In this document: in pieces, positions 12,601 to 25,200 of the stretch
How the letters are laid out: each line of letters opens with the position of its first letter
How positions within the stretch are numbered: the first letter of the stretch is position 1
DNA from: Octopus bimaculoides
Lineage: Eukaryota
Direction: 5' to 3'
Length of the DNA stretch: 49,588 nt
Assembly: GCF_001194135.2 (NCBI RefSeq)
Contig: NC_068985.1
Coordinates: 76,728,453 to 76,778,040, forward strand
Made by a program: the position numbers and the translations under genes
Notes under the pieces: model-generated
Databases searched by the model: none
Told to the model about the DNA's origin: nothing
Seen by the model: only the letters and a program-made list of their open reading frames with translations

Positions 12601-12889
12601 CAGGGGTTCTCAAACACTTTTTACCTTTGGACCCCATTGATTCCTATTTATTTGGGTGGACCCCCATAGCCATTCAATGTTTAAAAAATCCTACAGTATT
12701 TTTATAATTAAATATTATTAGACCTTGTATAAAAATTGCTAAAATATTTTGTGTATTGTAGATGTATAAGAAATTTATTGCACATAAACATTACTAGTCT
12801 GAAGTACAATTTTTTCATGACCCCTGAAAAATTACAGTAGACTCCCAACTTGCTATATTGTATCCATGGGCTCCGGTTAAGAACCCCTG
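12601..12889. mobile_element. hAT (Charlie-like) MITE, 289 bp
   Basis: TIRs caggggttctcaa / ttaagaacccctg (12/13); flanks gtttagaa / gtttgcag are a partly decayed 8-bp TSD. Confidence 0.72.
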
Positions 12890-14601
12890 GTTTGCAGGGT
12901 ACATTTTCCATTCACTACTGTAGGGCAACAATAGTATATGCTCAATGGTTGAATCCTTACACTCGAACATGTCACATTTATGCAAATAAAATTAGTTTGT
13001 ATGATATACAAGCCTTCCATAAAGAGATTAGCAATTTCTAGGAAATGAAATGGCTACAACATTATTTATAACAGGACTTACTTATGAAAGTTGTTGTTGA
13101 GCCTTAGGTTAACTTTAGTCAGACATTCTAGACTTGACCAACCCAGCTTATTTTTAGAGAGTATCTCTAAAATTAGATTATGTAATGTATCCAGCCATTT
13201 TTTAAGATGATAGAGTATAATTTGAGGGATATTCAGCTATGTTTAGAAGGATGACTGACCAGAGATTCTCGTTGGCTTGCCACTACCAAATATTTAACTG
13301 AAGGCCATTCACTATATTCATCAAAATTAACAAGTATATTCATTACTACTGTTAGCTTGCACTAGATGATCTTAAATCTGCTTACAAGGCTTGTAGAAGG
13401 CAACAAGGAACCATTCTCTTGCATCCTGCTTTCAATCAATTCATGAAATGAATCTTTCAATCATGGCCCAATAAAACAATGTATTGTGTAATTTACCCCA
13501 TACTGAATTATATCACAGGCAATAACATTTTGTGACTCACATCTTAAATGATGTTTGCTACACACAAGCTCATCTAAGAATGCATACTAAGAAAACCACT
13601 CAACTGATATGTATGAAGTCACTCACCAACACAACGTAACTACTGGTCCAAAGACATACTGTTTCCTCTCTCTACCTTTTCTACAATAGCCTAGTCTTCT
13701 CTAAGCTTGCTAGTCTCATACTAGCTCTGTTCAAGCATTCTTTATTCACTCATCCCTCCTCCTCCCATTACCCATATTGTGCTAATCACAAACCACTATG
13801 TCCAGCCCTTTCTCATCAGAATTTCAACCCTCTAGAATTCCACTCCCACCCCACAAGCAGTCATCAACATCACAAAGGACCTGGGAAGGCCCTAGATGCA
13901 ACCTCTTCCTCAAGACCAAACCAACAAAAAGAAAAAAAAATGCTGGTATCTTTAAGCTTAAAGAAGGAAAATGAGCAATACTAATGTACTTGTATTTCCC
14001 CAATACCAACAGTAATCAAACTATAGCCCATGGGTCAAATTCAGCCAACCACTTTCATTGAATATTGCATACAAAAATTCTTTTATTTGCTTTATCTACC
14101 TTTGGTCAGTGAACAATATAATACAGTCATGACATATAAAACAAGTCTTATTATTGCAGTGGTCCCAAATAAATGTTTGTTTTGCAAACAACTCGCACAT
14201 GCAAGTGCTACCAGTCAAAAACTCCACATACCAGAAGCCAGCAAGTGTATGGGGTCATCAGGAGAGAATGCGCACCGTTTTGGGGCCTAACTCTCGATGG
14301 CATCAATGCGCACTGGCCACCCCCTCACTGATATGAGGCCACGCTTGCTAGATCAACTGGCCCCTATAATACAGTCATGACATAAAACAAGACTTATTAT
14401 TGCAGTGGTCCCAAATAAATGTTTTATATTAATACAAAAATTATAAAAGTGAGTTCCCTTCATTTTGTTAAAAACTAAAACTTACCCAAGGTGTGATATT
14501 TTAAGTAGTAAATATTTTCAGTTTCCTAAATTTCCTAAACAAATAAATCAACAAAAGCTAACAGCATTTCATACATTGTTGTAATATAGTTTACAGGAAT
14601 A

Positions 14602-14819
14602 AGGCAGCGAACTGGTAGAATCGTTAGCACACTGAGCAAGATGTTAAGTGGTATTTCATCAGTCTTTATGTTCTGAGTTCAAATTCAGCCAAGGTTGACT
14701 TTGCCTTTCACCCTCTCAGTGTCAATAAAATAAAGTACTGGTTAAACAAACACTAGAGCCAATGTAATCAACTTACCCACTCCTCCAAAATTGCTGGCTT
14801 TGTGCCGAAATTTGAAACC
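14602..14819 (+). mobile_element. tRNA-derived SINE (family C) with perfect 19-bp TSD
   Basis: A-box-like ctggtagaatcgttagc and B-box-like gagttcaaattc; aatatagtttacaggaata on both sides (14583-14601, 14820-14838). Confidence 0.85.
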
Positions 14820-15029
14820 AATATAGTTTACAGGAATACTCAATTCTAAGAAAGGAGGGGGGTAATAAAAAATATTTACTCGTCCAGGTAAATTGGCTCA
14901 TACCTTATTTATATGATAGTCACAATAACTGCACCATCCACCACTTTCAGCTTTAAAATGTTTTACTTCTTCATTGCATGATGCATCATGCATGGTACAT
15001 AACAATTTTAATGTCATTACATGTGTAGC

Positions 15030-16166
15030 AATTGCTTCCTTAGTTAATTTCTGTTTATTTTCAGATCATTATAATGGAATGTCAAGTTAAGAAAAACACC
15101 TCCTTCTTTTTGTTTTTAATCAAGGTTCTAAGGCTGCAAAGCTGCTCGCAACATTTCTGCTGTGTATAGAGAGGGTGCCATAGCTGAAAGAACCACTCGT
15201 GATTGGTATGCCAAGTTCAAAAATGGAAATTTTGACCTCAAAGACGCACCTCGTTCTGGCCGTCCAATTGAGTTCGATGAAGAGCGATTAAACCAACTTT
15301 TGCACGAAAATTCTCGTCAAATGACAAGGGAACTGGCAGAGAAAATGGAATGCTCCCACACAGCTATAGAGAAGCATCTTCCCTTGATGGGAAATGTTCA
15401 GAAGTATGGAGCATGGGTTCCACATGCTTTAAGTGACAACAACAAAAATCAACGAGCCACAATCTCTGCTGGTTTGCTTGCTCATCACTGCTCAACTTAT
15501 GGACACAAGCAACCATTTCTTTACCGAATCGTTACTGGCAACAAAAAATCGTGCCTGTACATCAATATGAAGCAGCATAAGGAATGGCTTAGTCCCGGTA
15601 AACGAGCAACACCACACGTGAAATAAGAACTTCATCCGCATAAAACGATGTTGTGCATATGATGGGACTGGGAAGGGATTATCCATTTTGAATTGCTTGA
15701 ACAGAACCAAACGGTCAACGCAGAACTCTATGTCCAACAGCTGGAATGACTCAACACGGCTATTCAAGAGAAAGGTCCTAATCGTCAGCATGGAGTTCTT
15801 ATGCTGCACGACAACGCCCGCCCTCACATCACCAATATGACCAAGGAATCCATTCAAACGCATGGCTGAGAAGTGCTGCCACACTCGCCACACTCTCCTG
15901 ATTTGGCAACAGATTTCCACCTCTTTCGATCTCTTCCAAATGCTATGCGTGGAATTTCGTTCAATATTGATGCAGAATTGAGAACTTGGCTGGATCAATT
16001 TTTCAAGTCAAAATCAGGTGATTTCTACCAACAAGGTATTGAAAATCTCGTTGAACGTTGGGAAGAAGTTGTAAACAACAAGGGTGAATACATTATTGAT
16101 TAATTAGTTGTTATTTTTTTTTATTAAACCTTTTAAAAAACAGCAGGAACTTAGTTGCCAACCTAA
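15030..16166 (+). mobile_element. 5'-truncated inactive mariner (probably mellifera-like)
   Basis: Transposase remnant from ATG 15074 to 16103: WVPHAL, RIVTGNKK, LHDNARPH, HSPDLATDFHLFRSL, ending GEYIID*. Several stops. Right TIR caggaacttagttgccaacctaa followed by TA at 16167; no left TIR found. Confidence 0.9.
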
Positions 16167-17478
16167 TATATCACTGCCACCAGCCAATCCTACTCTTTCC
16201 ATCCAGATCCTATACTATCCACTTGGTCAAATCTTTCCTCCTTAAAAACGTCAACTTGCTGGAACTCCATCTTTAGCCATATTTTTTCTGACTTGTATCT
16301 TGCACCCAAACCATAAAAAGAGGTAGCTTGAGAGCAAATTAAAATAAATATTTCTATCTTAAAATTGCAGAGATCGTTTGTTTTGTTTTTTTTATTTTAT
16401 CTAAATACAAAACCTGTTATAAAACAATATAAAAATTAAGAGGGCAAGGGCAACTTTTAAATTACATAGATTTGCTAAATAAATGAAAAGAGTTCTGTTG
16501 CAGTATTCAGGGTTAACTCTTAGATACATTTAAACTACCAGTTCATCTATTTAAAAAAAAACAGAAAGCTTTGGTGAATAAAACAACATCAAAAATATTA
16601 AGATAAACTGTAGTTTATTAGGAAAACATTAAAAAAATGTTTAAAATAATAAAAAGAGAATAAGAATAATAAATTATCTAGAAAGGAATGTTTTCTTAAA
16701 ACTGAAACTAAACATTCTAAGAAAACTCTATTTAGCCCTATTGATATAGTTCACACACAAAACTGCATTTTTGCAGAGATCAAAAACAGTGTCTACAAAG
16801 AAATATAAACTATTTAAAAGATGATTTTCAAATTACCAACAGTAGATATGGAAATACAAGCACACAAAGCTATTTTAATGTACATACATACACACACATA
16901 TTATTAACATATACACAGATCATATAAGAGATTAATATACAGCACAAAAAGAATTTCTTCAGTTCAAATCTACAGTAGGAAATGTTATTTACAAAGAAAC
17001 AAACTGTTCCTTACAAACAAGTGATTCATGAAGACAAACCACATGCTTCAATTCTGTACAAGCTTTTACCATATCTGTCTGTACTCTAGATGTATTTGGG
17101 TTCAACACATACAGCAAGTACATATATAAACAGATGCCATCATTTCTGAGCTAACTGTTAGGGAAGACTGATAGCTGCTCACAGATTCACAGCATTTAAC
17201 AGAAAACTTCAACTCAGGGGTTTGCCAATAACAATTTCTGCCAAAATGCTGAAAGAATAAGAAAAGAAAACACAATGTAAAAAATGTAGTATATTACATC
17301 TTTAGAATTGAAGGGAAAACTGCAACTACAACAGAAATCTATCTGACACTGAAATTATTATTCTTACTTAAGGTTATCTGAGATTTACAGGTTTCAGTTA
17401 GTGAAGCTCTCATAAAACAAGTTTTATTTAGAGAAGCTGCTTTCTCATATGTTGCCAAATGACAACTCAGATGAAGAT

Positions 17479-17784
17479 TCATCATCATCATCATCATCGT
17501 TTAACGTCCGCTTTCCATGCTAGCATGGGTTGGACAATTTGACTGAGGACTGAGGACTGGTGAAACCGGATGGCAACACCAGGCTCCAATCCGATTTGGC
17601 AGAGTTTCTACAGCTGGATGCCCTTCCTAACGTCAACCACTCAGAGAGTGTAGTGGGTGCTTTTACGTGTCACCCGCACGAAGGCCAGTCAGGCGGTACT
17701 GGCAACGGCCACGCTCAAAATGGTGTATTTTATGTGCCACCTGCACAAGAGCCAGACCAGGGGCCCTGGCAACGATCTCGCTCG
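17479..17784 (-). mobile_element. RTE-3'UTR-type retroposon copy about 500 bp downstream of the IkB-like stop codon
   Basis: Same family sequence with (cat)n tail; same orientation as the gene. Confidence 0.85.
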
Positions 17785-18278
17785 AGAAATCAATATTTTA
17801 ATTATTAATGTAGAATTGAAGAAAAGTCATAAATATCTTATACCAAAATTTGCCTAATTTCAAGTTTAGGTAAACTTTATTTGCTTTAAGAAAATCAAAC
17901 ATAATAAACAAGTAGAAATTAAAACTAAAAAGTGATGTAAATTATTACACTAGTTAACTATAAGCTATTAATAAAACAAAGTTCTGAATACATTTCGAAA
18001 AAAATTTTCTCATCAATTTTTCATTAAAACCATGACTTTAAGAAGTATCTTTGTACTGTGATATCATGTTATATCATAATGCATTTCTAAATATGCACAC
18101 AAGTCAGTCATTCTAATTAGTTATGATATAAGGTGTCACATGGCCATCAACAAGAGGCAGATGACACCGATGATGATGATATGATCAATACTAAGACAGT
18201 TTTTAAAACAGAGTAACAATAAAGATAAAAATAATGGTAATTAGAAGGATTTCTTCATAAACATACCAAATGATAGAA

Positions 18279-18634
18279 TCATTTGTTGAGTGACAAAATA
18301 CTGGTCAGCTTCCGATACACACTGGGGTCGTATTTACTTTGTAATTCTTCAGCAATCATACTACATGTTCTTTCACTAAATGTCGTTGCTGAGAGCATTT
18401 TCTGAAATTTTGCAGGATCTACATGTTTCATAATTGCTTCTATTAAATTAATGTCTTTGCGTTCAATTGCATGCATCAGGGGTGTCATACCATTTCGGCC
18501 ATCATATACCTCTGGATCAGCACCATTCTTCAGTAACAAAGACACATTAACACAGTTGTCAATCATGACATTTTTATTATTTCTGGAGACAATTTTTCCA
18601 TGTTCCATTATGGCACAGAGCAGTGGTGTTAGTC
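18279..18634 (-). CDS. Terminal coding exon 5 (ankyrin repeats 4 and 5, degenerate 6, stop)
   Basis: Acceptor tttattttatctag|. G|GA completes Gly of DGLTPLL. Reads to ...KLTSILSLNK-TGA at 18279; overlaps the 128-aa track ORF 18279..18665. Confidence 0.92.
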
Positions 18635-21600
18635 CTAGATAAAATAAACATGGCAGCATAAGCAAGCTTTGAAAACATCTTCAATTACATAACACAACTT
18701 AGAGAGTAGAGAATAAAACAGAATTCTACTATCATCAAACAAGTGGTCAATCTTGATATGTAGAAAACAAGTAAACAGTAACTTGATACTGCAAACCCAA
18801 TGCAAACTAATAGTCTACAAAAGATGCAGTGAGATCTGATGAAGGCTGACACAGAAGGAAAAATTTGTATTTAAAACACGTACAAGAGCAGTAAGCAATA
18901 AAAGCACACATGAAAGGCAATCATTCAACTGCTCAGAAGAGTTGCAAGATGTAGTTAAACAGCTTCTTTTACAAAGATGACTTAATCAATAGTGATGGTG
19001 AATGTTCAAAAAACATAGCAGCCAGAGTAAGGATATAGTGGGGAAATTTCAAGGAATTATTACTCTTATCGGCAACATAGTGCTCCCAGACTGTATGACA
19101 ATTGTGTACCAAGTACTATGAGGCATGATAGTAAGACATGGGAGCTGAATGTGGAGGATATGCAAAGGTTAGAAAGAAATGAAATGAGCAATCTCTGCTG
19201 GGCATGTGGTGTCAATATGATCGAACAATGGAGCAGAGCCAGGAGAAAGATGGGTATTAGGGGAATCAATGATAGTGTGCAAGTGAGAAAATTGCACTGG
19301 TATGGACAACTGAAGAGATGTCGAGATATTTAGGAGGAAGAAGTATGCAGTAAAGAAAGACCAGTTAAATTAAAGCTGGATTGCATGAAGGAAGCAACAA
19401 TGGACCACAATAAATGGCCAAACACTAGAGGGGAACAACACAACTAATGCCAGTATGCAAAAATGGGAGGAGGAGGAGGAGAAGGAGAATGATGACAATA
19501 ACAACAATTACTAGTGTTGCATTCTAGGCAAAAAAAAAAAAAACTGCTCATTTAAGTTTACTTGACAAACAAAACACATTTTATTCTTACAAAATTAATG
19601 GTTAATGATGAAGTAAAAGCATCAAACAGTAAAAATAATTAATCCAACTAAAATAATTCAGTTTTTGCTGACATGGAGAAATGGATGCAAAACAAGAAGA
19701 AAAATAACTGAAATTTGACATTCTTTATCTTAATTATTTTCACTGATATTGTATTTACTTTCAGCCATCTATTTTCTGATGAATTTTGTAAATGTATAGC
19801 ATTTATTACTAATTTTGTTTTTCATTAATTTTTTTTAAGGAAATTTCAGTGAATTTAAAATAATTCAGAATTTGATTCTTTCTAAACTAAACATGTAGAT
19901 TTTGATTGAAATTCTCCTTACCATCACTGTTCTTAATGTTTGGATCAATTTTCTTTGATTCAAAGAGTTGTTTCAATGTTAGGTTGAACTCTTTTCCCTG
20001 TGTAGCTGCACAATGTAGAGCACTGCGTCGTTTCTGTTTTTTTTTCCAGAAATAAAATAAAATGTTGATTAAAGATTTGCAACAATTTACAAAAAGACTG
20101 AAAACTATAAAAACACAATTTCTCCTGTCATTCTTTTTGAAACTTTTTTCTTTCTAACATGATTGTTTTACTCATGTATTCAACAATTCATTTAAAAATA
20201 TTTGGCTACATAACTTTAAATTTGAATGAGATTTACAGTAATTTTCATTCTACATAGGATCATTTTATTTATAAAAATATATTTATGAGGGTAGAAAATA
20301 TATTTATGAGGGTCTGTTGTGTCGCTGAATTTTTACTGAGAACATATATTTTTTTGTGGTTAGATGATTCGGCATCTATTTCTAGCATATAGGAGTCCAC
20401 TTTTGCTGGTCATCCCTCTTATTTTTGTAGTATCATTTTATTATAACACACCTCAAAAAAATTTTGGATTTATATACACAAAAGACATCTATGTTTAGCA
20501 GAGATTTATCTGAAATTAATAAAGTTATCTTCATGCATAATAGTTTAGTGTGTTGAGATTTGATAGGATTAATTTCAGTATCAAATACCTATATATTTAT
20601 TTGTATATAAAACACACTTGAGTATAATGTGCACCACTTATTATGGGCTATGAAATTCTAGTAAAATATGTCTTATATACAGTGACTTTGTTTAATGATA
20701 TTGTTAAAAATAGACGTGTTCAATTAGATTTATTATAATTGCAGTGTAAAATACACTGGAAAAATTACTGCATCCTGAAAGCAAAAAGCATATTCAAAAG
20801 TGGCCCGTGATCTTTGTCAATGTAAGCTGTAAAAGTGTATGTACTTCTAATGTAAAGCCAATCTTAGTTTTACTTCTTCAACAGTAGTGTATATAATGAT
20901 AGCCAATTATAATAATCATATATTTCAAGAACAGAAGTATTTATCTGTTTCAGTTGATGTTCACATTTCGATGATGACAATCTTTATGTATTATCCTTAT
21001 TGATTATTTATTAAATCAATCTTCCTATTAAATAATTAAAGTGGTATTTTCATTGATAAAGTTATTACATTCTGGTCTTCTATACTGAAGGTTGATGGCA
21101 GTAATTCTACAAGACCCGCATCTGTTAGTTGCGCAGAACATTGAATATATTAGAAAACGCATTAGAAATTTACTTACCTCTCCAGGTATGTTTGGATTGG
21201 CACCATTACGCACTAGTTCACACACAACAGCTGGCTTATTGTAACATACAGCTAAATATAATGGTGTCTATTTTAAAAACAAAGAAAATAAAGATATATT
21301 TAATCATTGAAATGTTCAGTAAGGTGTGGATGATCATATAAGTTGACATTTCATGATAATAAATAGCAGCTGGATACAGTTTAAATTGATAGAGTGTTTG
21401 AGGAGGATGAATTTAGATTCAATAATATTAACTAGCCACAATAACATACTGGATTAATTATTATAATTCATCACTACAATAATTATCCTTATTTAAACAA
21501 TGTAGCTGTTTGATGGTGTAAGTCAACTTGTAACTGAATAAGACTACTTCCTAAACTCAATAAATCCATGCAAATGTTCAGAGACCAAGAAGTTCCTGTG

Positions 21601-21674
21601 TGTGAATTTGTTTTGAGTAGACAAGAGAGAAATAGTGAAGGGAGTTAGTGGACAAGTGAGTCACAGGTGCATGT

Positions 21675-21726
<52 letters not shown>

Positions 21727-22197
21727 CTCCATGTGTATGTATAAATTGTATGATTATATGTAAATGTTTATGCAGATACAAGGTGTGTATTGATCTGTAA
21801 TTGCATGTATATGGTTAAAAGGCTGTGTATGCATGTGCATAACTAAAGACTACAGGTGTTTTGTTCTACGCTCTAATGATTCTGACAATCAACGCAAGAA
21901 TGTAAGAAAATTAAGATTATAAATTCTCTTTTGACAGACATATAATGAAATGCAAAACAAATAAGTCTAAATTGGACATTATTCATTTTTTGCAGCCATG
22001 CTAGAGCACTGCCTTTAGTTGAGCAAATCAGTCCCAGGACTTATTCTTTGTAAGCCTAATACTTATTCTATTGGTCTCTTTTGCTAAACCGCTAAGTTAT
22101 GGGGACATAAGTACACCAGCATCGGTTGTCAAGCAATGTTGGGGGGTACAAACACAGACACACAAACATATACACACACACATATATATACATATAT

Positions 22198-22232
<35 letters not shown>

Positions 22233-25200
22233 NNNNNNNNNNATCCACTCACAAGGCTTTTGTTAGCCCAAGGCTATAGCAGAAGACACTTGCCCAAGGT
22301 GCCACGCAGTGGGACTGAACCTGGAAACATGTGGTTGGTAAGCAAGCTACTTACCACCGAGAAGTTGAAAATGATTAAAAAAAAAAGGCTTGTTTCAAAG
22401 ACAAAGCTAAACAGATGTTTGAGTTGACATGTTTCAGAATGCTTATGAAAGATATATTTCATGTAGGTTTATTGAAACTAGATTTTTCTTTCTTTACAAG
22501 ATGATCAAAAGATGCACCTGTGCCTATAAGAGAAGATGAATTGGATATTTTAAAAAATATAATGAAGTTGTGAAGAGAAAACTTACTTGGTTTAAAGAAT
22601 TGCAGTCATTAATTATTTCAATTTTTTTTATCCGTTTAATTCTCTCAAGAAGAGCTTTAACCATGTTAACATCAGTTACGCACACAGCAGCATGGAGATA
22701 GTTGTTGCCATCAGAGTCAATAGCAAGCAGTTCCTCATCAGTCCTGGAAGCAACACAGCGGCGAGCTATTGTCTGATGAGATGTACCTTGAAAAACAATA
22801 TACAGAAAGGAAAAGATGAAACAAAAGAATTTATATTTGGATAAGGAATTTATTTTATTTTTATGTTAAGTTAGGAGAGAGTGGAGACAGTGCCTATGAT
22901 CTTTGCAAACCTTCCCAGACAGGTACAATTGCTGCACTTAACACCTGACTTGAATCTCTACAGGCCTAAGTCTGCAGTAAAAAATGGGACACAAAGGAAA
23001 ACAGGGAAAGGCACTCAAGAATCAGTGTATTGAGCATATTATCCAAAGTATGTTTTCAAATGACTGGGGATATTTGTAAAAGAATATTTAAACCAGCCAT
23101 GGACAATCTGTGGTGCACAGGACTTTTTGAATGACATGCCTAATGGAAAATTAGCCTCAAATTTTTTTTTTTAGTAGTGATGCCCATCTAATAATGGGCC
23201 ATGTTTCATATGGCCCACTTCTCAAAAAAAGTTGTCCGTGCCTGATTTAAGCCAAGGCACTTCTCATAGCTGAGCAACAATTTGCGAATATAGATATCTT
23301 AATGCATTAAGCTAATTAAGAAAAATATATTACACTATATCTGTATTAAATCTAATGGAAGGAAGATAGAACTTTCTAATTTGAGTGATAGTTTAGGTGT
23401 GATGAATCTAGTCAAATAGGTCATCAGCATTAACTTATGAGAAAACAGAATCGTGACATTCATACTTCTCCAAGGGCATTAAAAATATTGATTTCAAATA
23501 TTAGCACAAAACCAGCAGGTTTAGGGGAGGGGCTAAGTCAATTACATCAACCCCGAAAGGACGAGAGGTAAAAGTCAACCTTGGCAGAATTTGAATTCAG
23601 AACATAAAGACAGACAAAATGACACTAAGTATTTTGCCCAATGTGCTAATGATTCTACCAGCTTGCTCCCTAAGGACATTAAAAATGTGGATGACTTAAA
23701 TAAAGTGCAGTAAATGAAGTGAGTTAAAAGTAGAGGATGGACTCAATTCACTAAAAAGTTATAACTAATCAACAGCATTTAGAATAAGCTGTAATATATA
23801 TTATGCAAATGAACTTACAATACCAACAAACACAGCAACAAATAAGAATGTGACTAGTCTGTTATTCAGAAGTAAAAACCAGATTATATTTAAATATACT
23901 AAGCTTCTAGGTCAAAGTAAAAACTTGAGTAGTTGAGTAGATGCTAACATATATAATGCAGGGAATGCTTATAAAGTTAACTAGAATTAAGTCAATGAGG
24001 AATAAAACAATATTAGCTAACATATCTTTATTACTTTTACTTAGCCTTAGCTTTTTAATGCTTCCTATAATGAATATTAAACACTATCTAAACTATTGTT
24101 TTCCATCACTCTCAGCTTCATCAAATACCCAGAAATGGATAAATATTGCCCAACCACAAAACATCTGGAAAAGAATGTAGCATTGATTATATTTTGTTAA
24201 GTTGGAGCAGGTATTAACAGAATCATTAGAATGTTGGACAAATATGCCTTATGGCATGTGTTCTGACTCTTTATATTCTGGGTTCAGATCCTACCAAGGT
24301 TGACTTCACCTCTCATTCCTTCAGGGTCAATCAAATAAAGTACTAATCAAATACTGGACCTTGTACATATGTTAGAAATTATCTGAACAAAAACAATAAC
24401 AATTTCCAAGTTGGGCACAAGCTTCTGAGTTTTGATGAGAAGGGGTAAAGCTGAAAGGATTAACTTCAACATTATTTTATTGACACTAGAAGAATGTGCT
24501 ACTAATTTCTGCTATCCAGTGCTCTAACAATAATAACAATGATACATACAAGTGCCTAACAAATACCGTTATAAGCATTACCAAATATCCAGTCAAACAT
24601 GAAACTGATTTAGCAAATACATATCTACTATTCCTTTCTAAAGTAGCTATCTTCCTTAATCTTGATGAAGCACAAATGTTTTTGATATTCGAAAACAATG
24701 AGCACACAGGATACAAAACTGAATCATGAGTGCACTTAGTGATAATGGCTAGAAATATGAACAATGCCAATAAACTATAAGACATTTCAATGCATTACTA
24801 TCTTGACTATTGAAATTATTTATCCATGCCGATATGAAAAATGAAAACCATAGACATTACCATAGTACAGATTTGTGGAATCTTACCAATAATATATTTA
24901 ATTAGCTCTTAAATAGGAGTCTGACAGAATTTCAAGACTAAACAATTGTAAGAAAATTTGTTGTTTGTTTTATATGAAAGACACACCTCTAAACAAAACA
25001 TTACAGCCCACTAAAGCAACAAGGAAACCTCTAGTCACTTGACCTGGCAGAAATAGCAGCCAAATCAGACCCAAATAACAGCCAACCAGTTTTAAAAACT
25101 GAAGAACACACTGGATAATGTAGTCTTTGAAACACTATGTTTCATACTTCATACAAAAGGCAAAGTCGATGAAATCTGAACTCAATGTGAAGACAAAGTC

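Noticed and set aside
16300-18278. AU-rich elements and polyA signals in the presumed 3'UTR
   Set aside because: ATTTA and AATAAA occur at about the rate expected in such AT-rich DNA; the 3' end cannot be placed without transcripts.
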